Part shown: in pieces, positions 46,908 to 57,920 of the stretch
Numbering within the stretch: position 1 is the first letter of the stretch
How the letters are laid out: every line of letters begins with the position of its first letter
Assembly: GCA_025558095.1 (NCBI GenBank)
Contig: JAIVFI010000043.1
Span: forward strand, 248,001 to 312,000
Direction: 5' to 3'
Length of the DNA: 64,000 nucleotides
Origin: Hyaloraphidium curvatum SAG 235-1
Taxonomy: Eukaryota; Fungi; Monoblepharomycota
Translations under genes and position numbers: made by a program
Notes under the pieces: model-generated
What the model was told of the DNA's origin: nothing
What the model saw: only the letters and a program-made list of their open reading frames with translations
Database searches by the model: none

Positions 46908-48368
46908 ATGGACTCCAAACCCGCTCCAAGCAGCGCATTTCGCGCGTCGGAATGGCTCGCCTTGTTCCCGCAGCCCGTACCGGGCACAGCGGAGCCTTCC
47001 GCGCTCGCGTCGGCCGCGGCCCGCTCGGTGGATCCGGGCCCCTTTCCGACCCTCTGGCGCGATCACCCGCTGCCGAAACGCGAGTTTCAGGCCTTCCTGC
47101 GCTCCAACTTCCCCTTCCATGCGCGGGTTTACGCGGCACAGGCCGCTGCCGCTCCGTGGAGCGCGAAGGTGCTCCTCCGCCACGTCCTGGCGTCGTCTTG
47201 CGTGCTCGCGGCCTCGCTGGTCGGCATCTGGATCTTCCAGGCGGCCACGGCCGGCACGCGGCAAAAGGTCGCCGGAACCGTGGGCATCGTCGTGAACGCT
47301 GCCGTCACCCTTGCGATCCTCGTCGTCGGCCGCGGATTCGCGGGCGTGGCAGGGCGCGCGGGGCGCGAGGATCAGAGCGCCAACGAGCTGTCGACGCTCG
47401 TGCGCTACGTCGAGCTGGAGCGCGAGGGGTCGGCCCTCTTGGACCATAAGGATCGCGATCGGGAGTGCCCCTGCCCGGCGTGCTTGGGCGGCCCGGCGGC
47501 CAGATATTTCGGCTGGTTTGCCCTCGTGATGTTGTGCCTCTTTTGGTTCAGCAGGTTCTCCGAGGCATGGAATCCCGTGGTCGCTTCTGCGGGGGACTTT
47601 TGGTCGCGCTGGTGGGGCGCACTGTTGGGAACTTTGGCCGTGCTCTTCTCCGTCAACCAGGCCGTTTTCTCCAACGTGCCCATCATCTACGTTTACAGCA
47701 TCCCTCTGCCGCGCATAGGGCGCAAGCTGCGGCTCCGTGCCGTCACAGTCGTGCTTTCACGCCTCCTGGAGGCAGCGGAGCTCGACCTAGCGGACGTTGT
47801 CCCGGCAGAGACGACGGCGGCGGTCGCCCGTTCGGCGCAACCGGAACTCGAGCTCCATGCCTGCCTCGCCGCATACTGGGAATCAAGGCGCACCTCATGG
47901 GAAACCTGGGCTCCAACCTTCTTCACAGACACCTTCAAGGCGCTCTTTGCCATCGCCACGAACCTCGCTGCGGGGAACTGCATCCCGGCCTACAGCCTCT
48001 TCCTGCTTGCCTGGGTAGGCAGCAGTCTGCTTTGGGGGTTGGGCACGTACGCGGCCAGCAACGCCGAGATCAACGAGGCTTCGCGGGCTTTTGCCGACGG
48101 TGCCCTGCTGCTCTCCCGGATCATCGCGTCGGCATCCGCGGGCGGGGCAAAGGACCCAGCGCTGATCCAGAAATGGCGGGACAAGCTAGCCGCGCTGACG
48201 ATCGCCGCCGACGGGTCGAGGTACCGCACGAGGTTCGCCGGGTTCGCGGTCGATTTCGGGACGATCAGGACGCTCGTGGTCACCGCCTTCACGGTCGGTG
48301 TGGGGCTGTTTGGTATCCTGCGGCCGCTGGGAGTATCGGTGACCATGAACGCTGCGTGTAGTAGCTAG
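46908..48368 (+). CDS. Hypothetical multi-pass membrane protein, intronless
   Basis: About 7 hydrophobic segments, a CPCPAC motif, and terminal FAGFAVDFGTIRTLVVTAFT. No family recognised. Confidence 0.7.
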   Translation: MDSKPAPSSAFRASEWLALFPQPVPGTAEPSALASAAARSVDPGPFPTLWRDHPLPKREFQAFLRSNFPFHARVYAAQAAAAPWSAKVLLRHVLASSCVLAASLVGIWIFQAATAGTRQKVAGTVGIVVNAAVTLAILVVGRGFAGVAGRAGREDQSANELSTLVRYVELEREGSALLDHKDRDRECPCPACLGGPAARYFGWFALVMLCLFWFSRFSEAWNPVVASAGDFWSRWWGALLGTLAVLFSVNQAVFSNVPIIYVYSIPLPRIGRKLRLRAVTVVLSRLLEAAELDLADVVPAETTAAVARSAQPELELHACLAAYWESRRTSWETWAPTFFTDTFKALFAIATNLAAGNCIPAYSLFLLAWVGSSLLWGLGTYAASNAEINEASRAFADGALLLSRIIASASAGGAKDPALIQKWRDKLAALTIAADGSRYRTRFAGFAVDFGTIRTLVVTAFTVGVGLFGILRPLGVSVTMNAACSS

Positions 48369-48734
48369 AGCGCGAATCGACGCTGCCGAGCTGGGATTCG
48401 GAGATTCAACACCGAACGGAGGTCCAGTCATCCCGCCCATCCAAAACGCGAAACGCGACCGCCTCCACCAATCCGCCATGTCCTGAAGCATGCACTTCCG
48501 GACTCTACCAGACAATGGAGAGCTGTCATGGACGGCATCGGGCACGATGGCGGGCCAGGGCAACGGACAATGATCGATCCACGGTCCCCTATTGTGTAGG
48601 GGTCAGAAGCCCCTTCCGAGCAACTGCCATGTCGCGCCGGCCCTGCTCCGCCCTGACGCGATGGAAAAGGCAGAGCAGAGGACGAACGGAGCTTGCGTGG
48701 CCTCTGGTGACAAAGGGACTTTCCGGATATGTGA

Positions 48735-48821
48735 TGTGTCATCATGACGCATTCGGTGTGTCAGCATGACACGTTCGCGAACTCATATAAAACGCGCTCG
48801 TGTGTAACTCATATAAAACGC
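48735..48821 (+). promoter_or_regulatory. Iterated upstream elements: two TGTGTCA-N3-TGAC palindromic boxes and two AACTCATATAAAACGC TATA-containing direct repeats
   Basis: TGTGTCATCATGACGC at 48735 and TGTGTCAGCATGACAC at 48757. Exact 16-mer at 48780-48795 and 48806-48821, 85 bp before the ATG at 48906. Confidence 0.6.
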
Positions 48822-48905
48822 CGCGCTCTCAGCTCTTCTCATCACTTCCGAAAAAACCTCAAATACAACCCCGGCCCGTTTCCACCCCAAAACACACTGA
48901 TCGTC

Positions 48906-49861
48906 ATGGGCTCCTTTGCGGCATACCACACCGTGTTCACCGCGGCTACCGGCGCCCCCGAGCTCAGCCAGGCTGAGCGAGACGCCGTCAACACCGTCAT
49001 CGCCGCCGCGGAGCCGCGGAAACACACCGATAAGGCCTTGACGACCGCCCTATTGTGCTCCCGCTCGGTCTCCGTTTTCAACCCCACCAGCAACCTGCAT
49101 CTGCCGTACGTCATTGCGACGGTTCACAAGAACGGTGATGTCGAGCTCGTTGAACACAAACGATTCCGTTGGTGTTCGAAGGAGGACGCGTTCAAACCTG
49201 TGGAATCCCAGCGCGTATGGCACCTTGTGCACGTCTCGGATCTGGCCCCCGTGAAGAGAGTGACCGAAAAGGCTCTTCTTGTTGTGTCTATGCCGCAGAC
49301 CTTTACTGAGCTTGACGTCTTGCTCCTTACCATGAGCGACGACACCATCAAGGCAGACACGATCCGCGCCGCCGTTGGCAGGCTGGACAATCTCACGTTG
49401 AAGACTGTCATGCTGCGCTGCGGCAGGCAAACGACTCCGGATTCTAGCTTTCCGGCTCGCGCAAACCTGGACCACATTCACGACATCGAACTCAACGACA
49501 TCAAGCCCCACGAGGGCGCCGTCCCGGTGGAGCGCCCGTCCCGGTGGCCGAAGGAGTGGATTGCGAGCGTTTTCGGGCGCTCCGCTGGTCTGGTTTCATG
49601 GAAGAAGGATCGCTTCCGGTTTAAGGTCGACCCGGTCGTTGTTCTCTCCGTCGACCACGCTACGGGGAAGGCAACGGTAGTCAAGTTCCTCGACCTCTTA
49701 GTGAAGGAGCGTCCCAGGACGTTCGGGTCAACAATTTGCGCCTTGTCAACAAAGAGATCTTCCAGTTCTTTAAGGATCGTAAGCCGCACAAGGGATCGCC
49801 TTCGTATATGATGTGGCACCTGCATGACATTGCGAAGAAGCACTTTCGGCGGCGTCGGTGA
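48906..49861 (+). pseudogene. Orphan intronless gene with an apparent 1-nt frameshift near 49694; possible Tudor/SH3-like barrel
   Basis: The ORF from 48906 runs to 49811. Adding one C at GAC-CTC-TT gives ..KFLDPLSEGASQDVRVNNLRLVNKEIFQFFKDRKPHKGSPSYMMWHLHDIAKKHFRRRR* (TGA 49859-49861), which looks more protein-like than the annotated tail. Confidence 0.5.
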
Positions 49862-49874
49862 GAATGTCAAACAT

Positions 49875-49918
49875 GCATAGACGGAGCTCGTGTAAAGCAT
49901 AGACTGAGCTCGTGTAAA
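49875..49918. repeat. Tandem duplication of a 22-bp unit GCATAGAC(G/T)GAGCTCGTGTAAA
   Basis: Copies at 49875-49896 and 49897-49918 with one mismatch. Confidence 0.9.
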
Positions 49919-50044
49919 CGATCCATCCTAGTAGCCATTCATGGCCCGGCTGGCGAACTCCATGGTGGACTGCTCGGCGTGGAAGGAACACAAGGAGGTG
50001 TGCAGTCAGTGGTATTGATTTCGGCGTCTAGCCCGCAGCCGGCG

Positions 50045-51115
50045 CTATCCGGTCTTCACCGACGGCGGCACGAGTACGTAGCTCCCTGCTGCGCTCCCTT
50101 CCCCGTTCCCTGGCATCACCACCGCATGGTCCGTCGGCCCCCCCGTGCCCGCGCCCATCCCGCCGTCCACGATCTCCACCCTCGACGCCTGCCCCCGCAC
50201 CGGCTGCGCCATGCGCTCCCTCACCAACGCCTTCAGCTCCTCCACCAGCGCCTCCATCGGCGGGTCCTTCCCCCACTTTTCGCTCCAGTAGTGCGCCGGC
50301 ATCTCCAGTATCTTGTCCCCCGCGCTTTTGCCCCCCGCCTTCTTGCACGCCCGCACGTCGGCCCCCCTCTTCACCAGGAGCAAGGCGAGCGGCGCCCTTT
50401 CGTACCGCACGCAGAGCATCAGCGGCGTCCGTCCCTCGGCCGTGCGCATCTCCAGCACCCCCGAGCCGTCCGGCGCCGCGGGCGGCAGCGCCGTGTCGGC
50501 GTCCAGCAGGAGGGTGGCCATGCGGTCCATCTCGGGGGTGGACACCTTGTAGCTCCGCCGCTTGAGCCAGGTGTCGCCGCCGCAGACGAGGGCCAGGGGG
50601 GTGCGGCCGTCCAGGTCCTTTGTCCTCCCCAGGGTGGCGTCGAGGGAGAGCAGGAAGGCCGCGGTGTCGAGCTTGCCGGTGTCGCACGCCTTGTGCAGCT
50701 GCGTGCTGCCGTCGCTCGTCCCCGAGCCCTTCGTCGGCAGGCGCCAGTCCGGAGCACCGGGGAACTCCCGTGCGAGCATCTCCAGGCTGTCCAGCTGGTC
50801 ATTATAGGCCGCCCAATGCAACGCCGAGCGGCCGTCCCACGGGCTGCAGGTGCCCAGGATCGCCCTCCGCGCCCGCAGCGCCAGGGCATCGTGTTCGTAG
50901 CTGGGCGGCAGCGACGGGTCGTGCGGCGGCACGATGCCCCCGTTTTCGAGCGTCCGGAGGGAGAGCAGGTCCCTCAGCTTGGCGGCGGCTTCCAGCGCCC
51001 CAGGGGAGCGCGGGGGGTCGGTGGAGGATTTCATGAGCGCGCGCGCCGCGCCTTCCAACGCCGAGACGGCTTCGGCGACGGAGGGGGGGAAGGGCGGGCC
51101 GGAGGAGGCGTCCAT
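50045..51115 (-). CDS. Ankyrin repeat protein, intronless
   Basis: DGRSALHWAA, DGSTQLHKAC, DGRTPLALV, and EGRTPLMLCV..LLVKRGADV. Confidence 0.88.
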   Translation of the reverse strand: MDASSGPPFPPSVAEAVSALEGAARALMKSSTDPPRSPGALEAAAKLRDLLSLRTLENGGIVPPHDPSLPPSYEHDALALRARRAILGTCSPWDGRSALHWAAYNDQLDSLEMLAREFPGAPDWRLPTKGSGTSDGSTQLHKACDTGKLDTAAFLLSLDATLGRTKDLDGRTPLALVCGGDTWLKRRSYKVSTPEMDRMATLLLDADTALPPAAPDGSGVLEMRTAEGRTPLMLCVRYERAPLALLLVKRGADVRACKKAGGKSAGDKILEMPAHYWSEKWGKDPPMEALVEELKALVRERMAQPVRGQASRVEIVDGGMGAGTGGPTDHAVVMPGNGEGSAAGSYVLVPPSVKTG

Positions 51116-51470
51116 CGCGGTGCTGCGCCGGCTGCACGGGGAGAGGAGGGCGGTGTGTCGGCCGGAGCCGGTGGGGAGCGTCCGTAGCGAGGTGGAAGAT
51201 CGGGGGATGGGACCCGCTGCACAGCGTCACTCCCCGTGCTCGGCGCCGCCACCACGGTGGATGTCGCCAAATGGCCGCCGGTCCGACGCGGGTAGGATGC
51301 ACCATCCACGGACGCACGGACCGGCATCCATCGCACGGCGTCTACTCGTCATTGCCACCACCGACACCTACTCAAGCCACCGCGACGCATCCCATCCAAG
51401 CCAATCCATCGCCCTCGATCCAGTCCCTCTTCCTCCTCCTTCGCTTCCTTCTCCTCTCATCGGCAGAAGA

Positions 51471-52752
51471 TCAACGCCCCTGCGGATCCGAGAGCAGGTT
51501 CCCGATCGCCGGCAGCTTCCTCGCGTCCAGCTCCGGCAGGGGGGCGTCGCCCAGCGGGGGGAAGTAAGGGCGTGCCACTGCCTGGGCGGGGTCGGCGTCG
51601 GCGGGGCGGGTCTGCTGCTGCTGCTGCGGTTGGTGTTGGTGCTGGAGAGGCCAGCCGGGCGGGGCGGCGGGGGAGTAGCCGTAGGGGGCCGACGGGCGCG
51701 GCCAGGGGGACGGGTACCCGTACTCGGGCTGCTGCAGCGGCGAGCTCTCCGCGGGGGCGTAGGTGCCGTTTGTCGGCGCCGGGCGGGGGGAGGCCGAGGC
51801 GGGGCGCGAGGCCTCGCGCTCCCAGGAGCCTTTGGGGCCGGCCTTCTTGCGCACGGCACGGACGCAGGGGATGCGCTTGAGGACGCAGCGGGAGCAGGGC
51901 TGGCCGCCGTCGCAGCCGCGTCTGTGAATCGGGGGCGGGCGAGGTCAGTCAAGGTGGAGGAGGGTGGGAGATAAGAATGGCGCACCTTCCGGACCTGCAC
52001 GCCTCGCACGAGTTGCGCAGCGGCATCGTGTGCCCGGGCTGCACCTCGGGCGAGTGCATTGCCTCCGCGGGCCTGTCGCGGGGCGACGCCGCCGGCGCGC
52101 CGCCGGGCTGCGCGGGCTGCCCCGCCGCGTGCGGCCTGCCTCCGTCCGGGCGGCCGTACGGGTCCTGCTGGGCGTGGCGCGGCGCGGGCTGCGGGTAGTG
52201 CGGCCGCTGCAGCAGCTGGGACTGCTGCTGCTGCTGGTGCTGCGGGGGGTAGCCCGGCCACGGCTGGCCGGGCTGCGGGGGGTAGCCAGGCTGCTGCGGG
52301 TAGCCGGGGGGGTAGCCGGGGCCGGCGGGGCCCTGGTACGGCGGCCAGTAGTAGCCGGCGGGGAAAGCGGGGAACGAGGGGTTGAAGGGCGGCAGCGACG
52401 GCTGCGGCGGCGAGTAGCCGGCGTACGCGCGGTAGGGCGCGGCCGGCGGGCCCCAGCCGGGCAGCACCGGCGCCGGCGGGTCCGAGCGGGGCTCCGCGTG
52501 CGCGGGCACCGGCGAGCCGTCCGAGTTGGACGGCGACGAGCCGCGCGACGCGGCGATGCCGAGCAGCGACGCGGCCGCCTCGGCCTCAGCGCCCGGATTG
52601 CGCGGCGCCCCGGGCACGCCACCGGCCGGCGGCGCGCCCGCCATGCCCGCCTCCTCGCTGGCGACCTCTGAGACTTCCGAGCCCGAGTCGCGCTCGCCGG
52701 CTGCGTCCGGCCCCGCGGCACCCGGCGCCTCGGTGTCCCTCGCGTCGCCCAT
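51471..52752 (-). CDS. Zn(II)2Cys6 binuclear cluster transcription factor with Pro/Gln/Tyr-rich low-complexity flanks; 1 intron
   Basis: Spliced SCEACRSGR|RGCDGGQPCSRCVLKRIPC (CX2CX6CX5CX2CX6C) followed by RKKAGPK. Confidence 0.88.
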
Positions 52753-53767
52753 CGAGCGCGCCACACAAACCACCGCCGCGGTCGCCTGCTGAGCCGCCTC
52801 CGCGCGGGGACGGGCTTTCCGGCCAAGACGGCCCTTTGCCGCGGCCCCACGGCCAGCGGAGATGTGGGGGGACGGGGTGGAGTTCGGGGTTTTAGCGGGA
52901 GAGTTCGAACTGTCCGCGTCGGGGAGTTTAGGAGACCCCCCGCAAAGAGTCACCTCCTCTCTGCCGGACGCCAGGAGCCGGCCAACAAGCTATCCGGTGA
53001 TAGAGCATCCACATTTCGCGCTCCCCCGTTCGCCGCGCCCGCCCTATTCACGCCCTCTCACGCCGAGCGGCCACCGATCTGACTGCACAACTATCAAACA
53101 GATCTTCCGCCGGGGGCAACTGCGCCGCCGTTCCTCCACCTGCCCTGCATCCCCGCCGCTGGACTCTATTCCCCACGGAGCACCGTCCCCGGACCCTACG
53201 AGCCGCACCGCACATGCGCCGGGCCATGATCCATTGGTGGTTCGGACCCAGCCCCGACTCTCCGAAGGGGATCCAGGCCGACCAAAAAACGAGGAACGAT
53301 TTCCGCCTGCCTCACCCGCCCCAGATTCGGCCTCGACCTGCGCCATCCGGTCCGGCGAGCGCACCCGGTTCGCGATCCGCAGGGAAAGGGGACGGCCGAG
53401 GGCCAGGGGACGCGCAACAATGAGAGAAGCCGGGCCATGGACTGGTCTGGAACGTTCCGCGCGGACACCGCCCGGCCACCTCGCTCCCCCACCGCTGCGG
53501 GCGCACCGGTGCCGGGGATGCGGGTTGGATGGATGCCGGGGAGCCATCCGGTGGCACGGCAGCCTCCGAGGACGGGTGCTCGGGCTCTGGGTGCGGTCGG
53601 ATCGGATCGGAAATCGATGCCGAACGCCGGGCGATCGACCAAACTAACGCGCCCATCCCTCCGCCCCGGGGCCCCCGCTCGTCGCTCTGCCGCCGATCAC
53701 CGCACATCGCCTGCGTCCGTTACTTCGGCGGGAGCCCTCGGTGCCGCGCACCCCTCCCCGCGCCGCG

Positions 53768-55198
53768 ATGTCCACGCTCCTCCTGCAATCGGTGGAGGTT
53801 GCCCCCGCGCTGAAGCAGCACGCGGCGGCCATCGAGGACCTCCGCGCGCGCTGCGCCGCCGAGCTCGCGGTCGCCGAGGGCGCCGACGCCCTCGCGCTCG
53901 CCGCGCTCCCCGCGGGCACCGACCCCGCCGCCGTCCCCGCCGTGCCGTACGACGACCTGTTCCTCCTGCGCTTCCTCCTCTCGCACAACCTCGTCCCGTC
54001 GACCGCCGAGCCCTTCCTCCGCGACGCCCTCCTCTGGCGCGCCGCCCACGCGCCCCTCTTGCTGCTGCGCCGCGCGGGGCTCGCCCAGCCCCCGCACCAA
54101 TCCATCGTCTCGCCCTACTCGATCCAGGGCGACCACGGGCGCGCAAAGGACGGCAGCCCGCTGTTCGTCGTGCGTTCGGGGCTGGCGAACCTGGGGGGCA
54201 TGATGGAGCTGAGCAACCCGCACATGGTCGCCGACTGGATGCTGCTGATGCGCGAGCCGGACTGGGCACAGTGTGACCGCGCGACGCGCGACGCGGGCAG
54301 GCTGGTCAAGATGCTCAGCGTGATCGACTTCAACCACTCGTCTATCACCCACTCGATGAACCTGCAGTTCTTCAAGGCTCTCGGGATCTCGAGCAAGGCC
54401 AGCGAGAAGATATACCCGCAGCTGCTCGGGACCACGACGATGCTCAACCCGCCCGGGTTCATGGCCGCCTTCATGAAGCTCGGCCGCACCTTCATGTCGC
54501 AGAAGACCCTCGAAAAGGTGCGGATCTGCCCCGGCAGGACGCTCAAGGAGGACGTCGCCGCGTGCCCGTTCGCCGGCAGGGCGTTCGAGCGCGCGGGAGT
54601 GCCCACCTTCATGGGCGGCGGCTGCGACCACGCCGGCAAGGGCTGCATCCAGCGGTGCCCCAACTCGGCCGACCGGATGGTCAAGCCCGAGGTGGACCTG
54701 CACGCGGCGGTGGCGGGGTTCGAGAAGGAGCACGGGGGCGCGGTTGAATCCGAGGCGGAGCGCACGGTGAGGGGACGCAGGTGGAGGTTCAGGAAGGTGA
54801 CGGTGCCGGCCAAGGGCCCCGTGGCGATCGACCTTGGCGCGTTTCCGGCCGGGGCGGCCGCCGAGTTCGCGTGCTGGCTCCCCCGCCCCGAGCGCGAAGG
54901 CGGCGTCCGCCTCTCGCTCCACTCGGGCCCGCGTACCCCGCTCGAGGAGAGGAGGGTGCGGGTGTACGACGCCGCAGCGTGCTGGGCAGACGGGCCGGGC
55001 GGGGAGATCAGGCTCGAGAACGAGGGGAAGAGGGAGAGGGTCGTGGTGGTGGGGTGGTGCGTGGTGGCCAGGGAGGAGTTTCTCGCGGCAGCAGAGGCAA
55101 AGGCCGGCAAGGGGGAGCGGGAGGCCGGGGAGAGGGGGTCGGAGGAGACGGCGGCGGTGGATGCGGTCGCGGAGGGGCTGGCCAAGGTGTCTGTGTGA
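53768..55198 (+). CDS. CRAL-TRIO (Sec14-like) lipid-binding protein, intronless
   Basis: DDLFLLRFLLS, L.WR, KDGSPL, VIDF, YPQLLG...LNPP, KTLEKVRI and VPTFMGG. Confidence 0.9.
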   Translation: MSTLLLQSVEVAPALKQHAAAIEDLRARCAAELAVAEGADALALAALPAGTDPAAVPAVPYDDLFLLRFLLSHNLVPSTAEPFLRDALLWRAAHAPLLLLRRAGLAQPPHQSIVSPYSIQGDHGRAKDGSPLFVVRSGLANLGGMMELSNPHMVADWMLLMREPDWAQCDRATRDAGRLVKMLSVIDFNHSSITHSMNLQFFKALGISSKASEKIYPQLLGTTTMLNPPGFMAAFMKLGRTFMSQKTLEKVRICPGRTLKEDVAACPFAGRAFERAGVPTFMGGGCDHAGKGCIQRCPNSADRMVKPEVDLHAAVAGFEKEHGGAVESEAERTVRGRRWRFRKVTVPAKGPVAIDLGAFPAGAAAEFACWLPRPEREGGVRLSLHSGPRTPLEERRVRVYDAAACWADGPGGEIRLENEGKRERVVVVGWCVVAREEFLAAAEAKAGKGEREAGERGSEETAAVDAVAEGLAKVSV

Positions 55199-55973
55199 TG
55201 CGGGGCGGATGATCGCTTGGGACGGCCGTCGGCGCGGGTCGGGCACAGACCTTTGGCTGGGCGGAGAACGGCGCTGCGGGCACGCGCGATGGGGCGCGCA
55301 ATCTTTAGAACGCTCGGAAGCTGGAACGCATTGAACGTTTGAACACTAGTAACGGACGACTGATAGACACCTCACACGAATGGTTGCTTCCGTTCCGCTG
55401 GAAGCCCGCCCAGATAACTCCTCCCACAACAGCAAGGCCAGTCCATCCGACCCGCATCGGCATCCAGGCTCATTAGGAACCTCGCCGGCCGCCCGTCGGC
55501 CCGTCTCCTGCATTCCTCGGGTTCAAGGTGCGCGCCGATTGCACCCTTCACCGCGGCGATCGGATCGGTGGCTCGTTTATCGTGCAACTCTCCCTCGTCC
55601 CCATCCTCGCCCTCATCGCGCCCTCTGCCACCGCTCGCGGCATCTCGACCCGCCGAGCAGTGCGAGCGCGTTTCCGGCCCGCGGGGAAACGGGGCGGAAA
55701 GGACGCCGCGGCGGCGTTGCGGCGAGGGATCGCGGTGCCCGTGCGGAGGGTGCGCCAACGCTACGGAAGACCCGAACTGGCCCCGGAAGGGCCGTCTTGG
55801 AGGGCATTTCGCGCTGAAGACAAGACCGGTGCTCTCGTGGACCATTTTTGGGGGTCTTCCGTGCCCTGGACCTCCACGGACTCTCGCCTCCGCGCCTGTT
55901 GAACCTCTGCGGACGCTTTCGGGGTCTGCCACCCCCTGAACATCCTCGGACTCTCCCTTTTCCGGCCGCGACG

Positions 55974-57001
55974 ATGTCGGAATCGACTCAGCCCTCCTAC
56001 TACCCGGTCCTGAAGCAGGTCTTTGCGGCACTGGGCTTCGTGTTCTTCTCCTTCCAGCTGGCGCCGCAAGTGTGGAAGAACTACAAGAACAAGAACACCG
56101 AGGGGCTGGCGACGGCCATGATCATGATCTGGTACATTGCCTCGCTGCTGCTCGCGGGGTACGCGGTCGGGATCGGCCTGGTGGGTCTCGATGTGCTCTG
56201 TCCGTCCTGGCACCTTGAACGTGCTCTTTCCCGTCCCGGCACCCTCTCGAACGCCGCTCCCGCAGACGATACTGGTGATTATTCAACCCCAGATCTTCAC
56301 GGCCTTCAACGTGGCCGTGCTGGTGCAGATCTTCTACTACATGCCCAACAACCCGTCGAGCTACTTTGCCCGCAAGGGGTACCGGATACCCATGCCCACG
56401 GCGTGGCTCATCTTCTTCGGCGCGCTGGCGCTGTCGGCGGCCATCGTTGCGGGGCTGTACTTTGCGATCCGCTACGCGTACGACACGGGGCAGAACTCGG
56501 TGATCCTCGCGCTGGGATACCTGCCGACGGTGTTTGTGTTTATCGGTTTCCTGCCTCAGTTTTGGGAGATTTACCGTGGGTTTCCGTCCATCCTCTTTGT
56601 CTGCTTCAATGGCTCACTAATGTCTTGGCACCGCAGGCTATAAGCGCGTTATGGGCATCTCCCTCATGTTCCTCCTCATCGACGCCCTCGGCGGCATCTT
56701 CAACACCATCTCCCTCGCCTTCCACGAGACCTTCGACATCCCCGCCGCCACCTGCTTCCTCGTCATCGCCGCGTGCGACCTGCTCATCATCGCGCTGTAC
56801 TTCCCGCTCGAGGCCGCGTGGCGGAAGAACAACCCCGCCGAGGCCGCGGCCGAGGCGGCGGCCAAGCGGGGGGAGGTGGTCGTGGACGAGATGGCGGCCA
56901 AGGAGATCGGGGACAAGGACGCGGGGTCCGAGGATACGGCGGTGGTCATGGAGCAGCTCCAGCCGCTGCCACCGGCCGCGAGGTCGTCGGATGCCGTTTA
57001 G
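55974..57001 (+). CDS. PQ-loop repeat membrane transporter; 2 introns
   Basis: QLAPQVWKNYKNKNTEGL, IIQPQIF, and FLPQFWEIY|RYKRVMGISLMFLLIDALGGIF. Confidence 0.9.
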
Positions 57002-57081
57002 GTGGGTACGGCCGCTACATGTTTGTATCTTCGGCGGCCGAGGATCGAGTCAGGCATTGCATTGTTCACGTAGTTGCGGCT

Positions 57082-57781
57082 CTATTCCGTGTAGTGGTAC
57101 CAAAAGATGGTCCATGCGACGGGTACTACGAACAAATCGATCGCACCAAAGCACGCCGCCGCAATGCCGGTGTCGAACCACTTTTGCGCCACCGTCGAGG
57201 TAAGCGACAGATAGAACGACCACGTGATCAAGCTCTTCAAGAGCTCGTTGTAACGCATAGTGGCGTCGATGCTGGCCGCTGCGGAAGATTGTGAAATGGG
57301 AATATTTCTGAGCCGATGCAATCCACCCACGCAGATCGTAGAAGAAGGCGCCGAGTCCTCTATCAACGAACAAGAGCGTCTCGTTTGCCTGGCGTCTGGG
57401 CAAGACACCTTCAACACGGTGGAACCAGCGAAGGACAACACCGTGAAGCTTCGCGATCTTGCGCAGTTCATTTGACGTCAGAGTAGCTATCCAAGTGTTC
57501 ATGTCCGAGAGCTCCGTTCCAGGTGGAGCCAGTTGTTCCAGCTGGTCGGTCCTGATCGCGTAGATGACCGTGAGGACGTATGCCCCCAGGCCTTCCTTGT
57601 CCAGGGCCTTGTAGATAGTCCCAACATAGACGCCGGATTTCAGTTGTTTCTGAACAAATGCGGCCTTCGAGATGTCGACGATGTTTTGGAGGGAGGTGCT
57701 CGAATCCGACGGTGCGGAGCGTGCAGAGCTAGGCCCTGCCTGTCCCGGGCCCAGGGCTTCTTGTTCTGTGGGAGCTTCCAT
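57082..57781 (-). CDS. Hypothetical protein with hydrophobic C-terminus; at least 1 intron (57279-57330)
   Basis: The MEAPTEQ.. ORF joins through a GTGGGT...CGCAG intron to ..ASIDATMRYNELLKSLITWSFY..WTIFWYHYTE*. Confidence 0.5.
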
Positions 57782-57920
57782 TCTCTCCAAGAAGGGTGTC
57801 CGTGGAGACAAAGTGACCGCCACGTCTGCGCGGTTTTGGTTTACGGCCGTCCCCTGCACACAACCTTGCGCTACTCGCGCAACAACTACGTACAGCGACG
57901 ACCAGAGGCGAAGGAAGACC

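Noticed and set aside
48735-49918. Repeats as a CRISPR array or transposon terminal inverted repeats
   Set aside because: There are only two copies of each unit, no spacer series, no convincing TIR/TSD, and no transposase or cas gene.
55330-55960. Short hydrophobic ORF segment (IVQLSLVPILALIAPSA) upstream of the PQ-loop gene
   Set aside because: There is no proper ATG context or continuing coding signal, so it cannot be supported.
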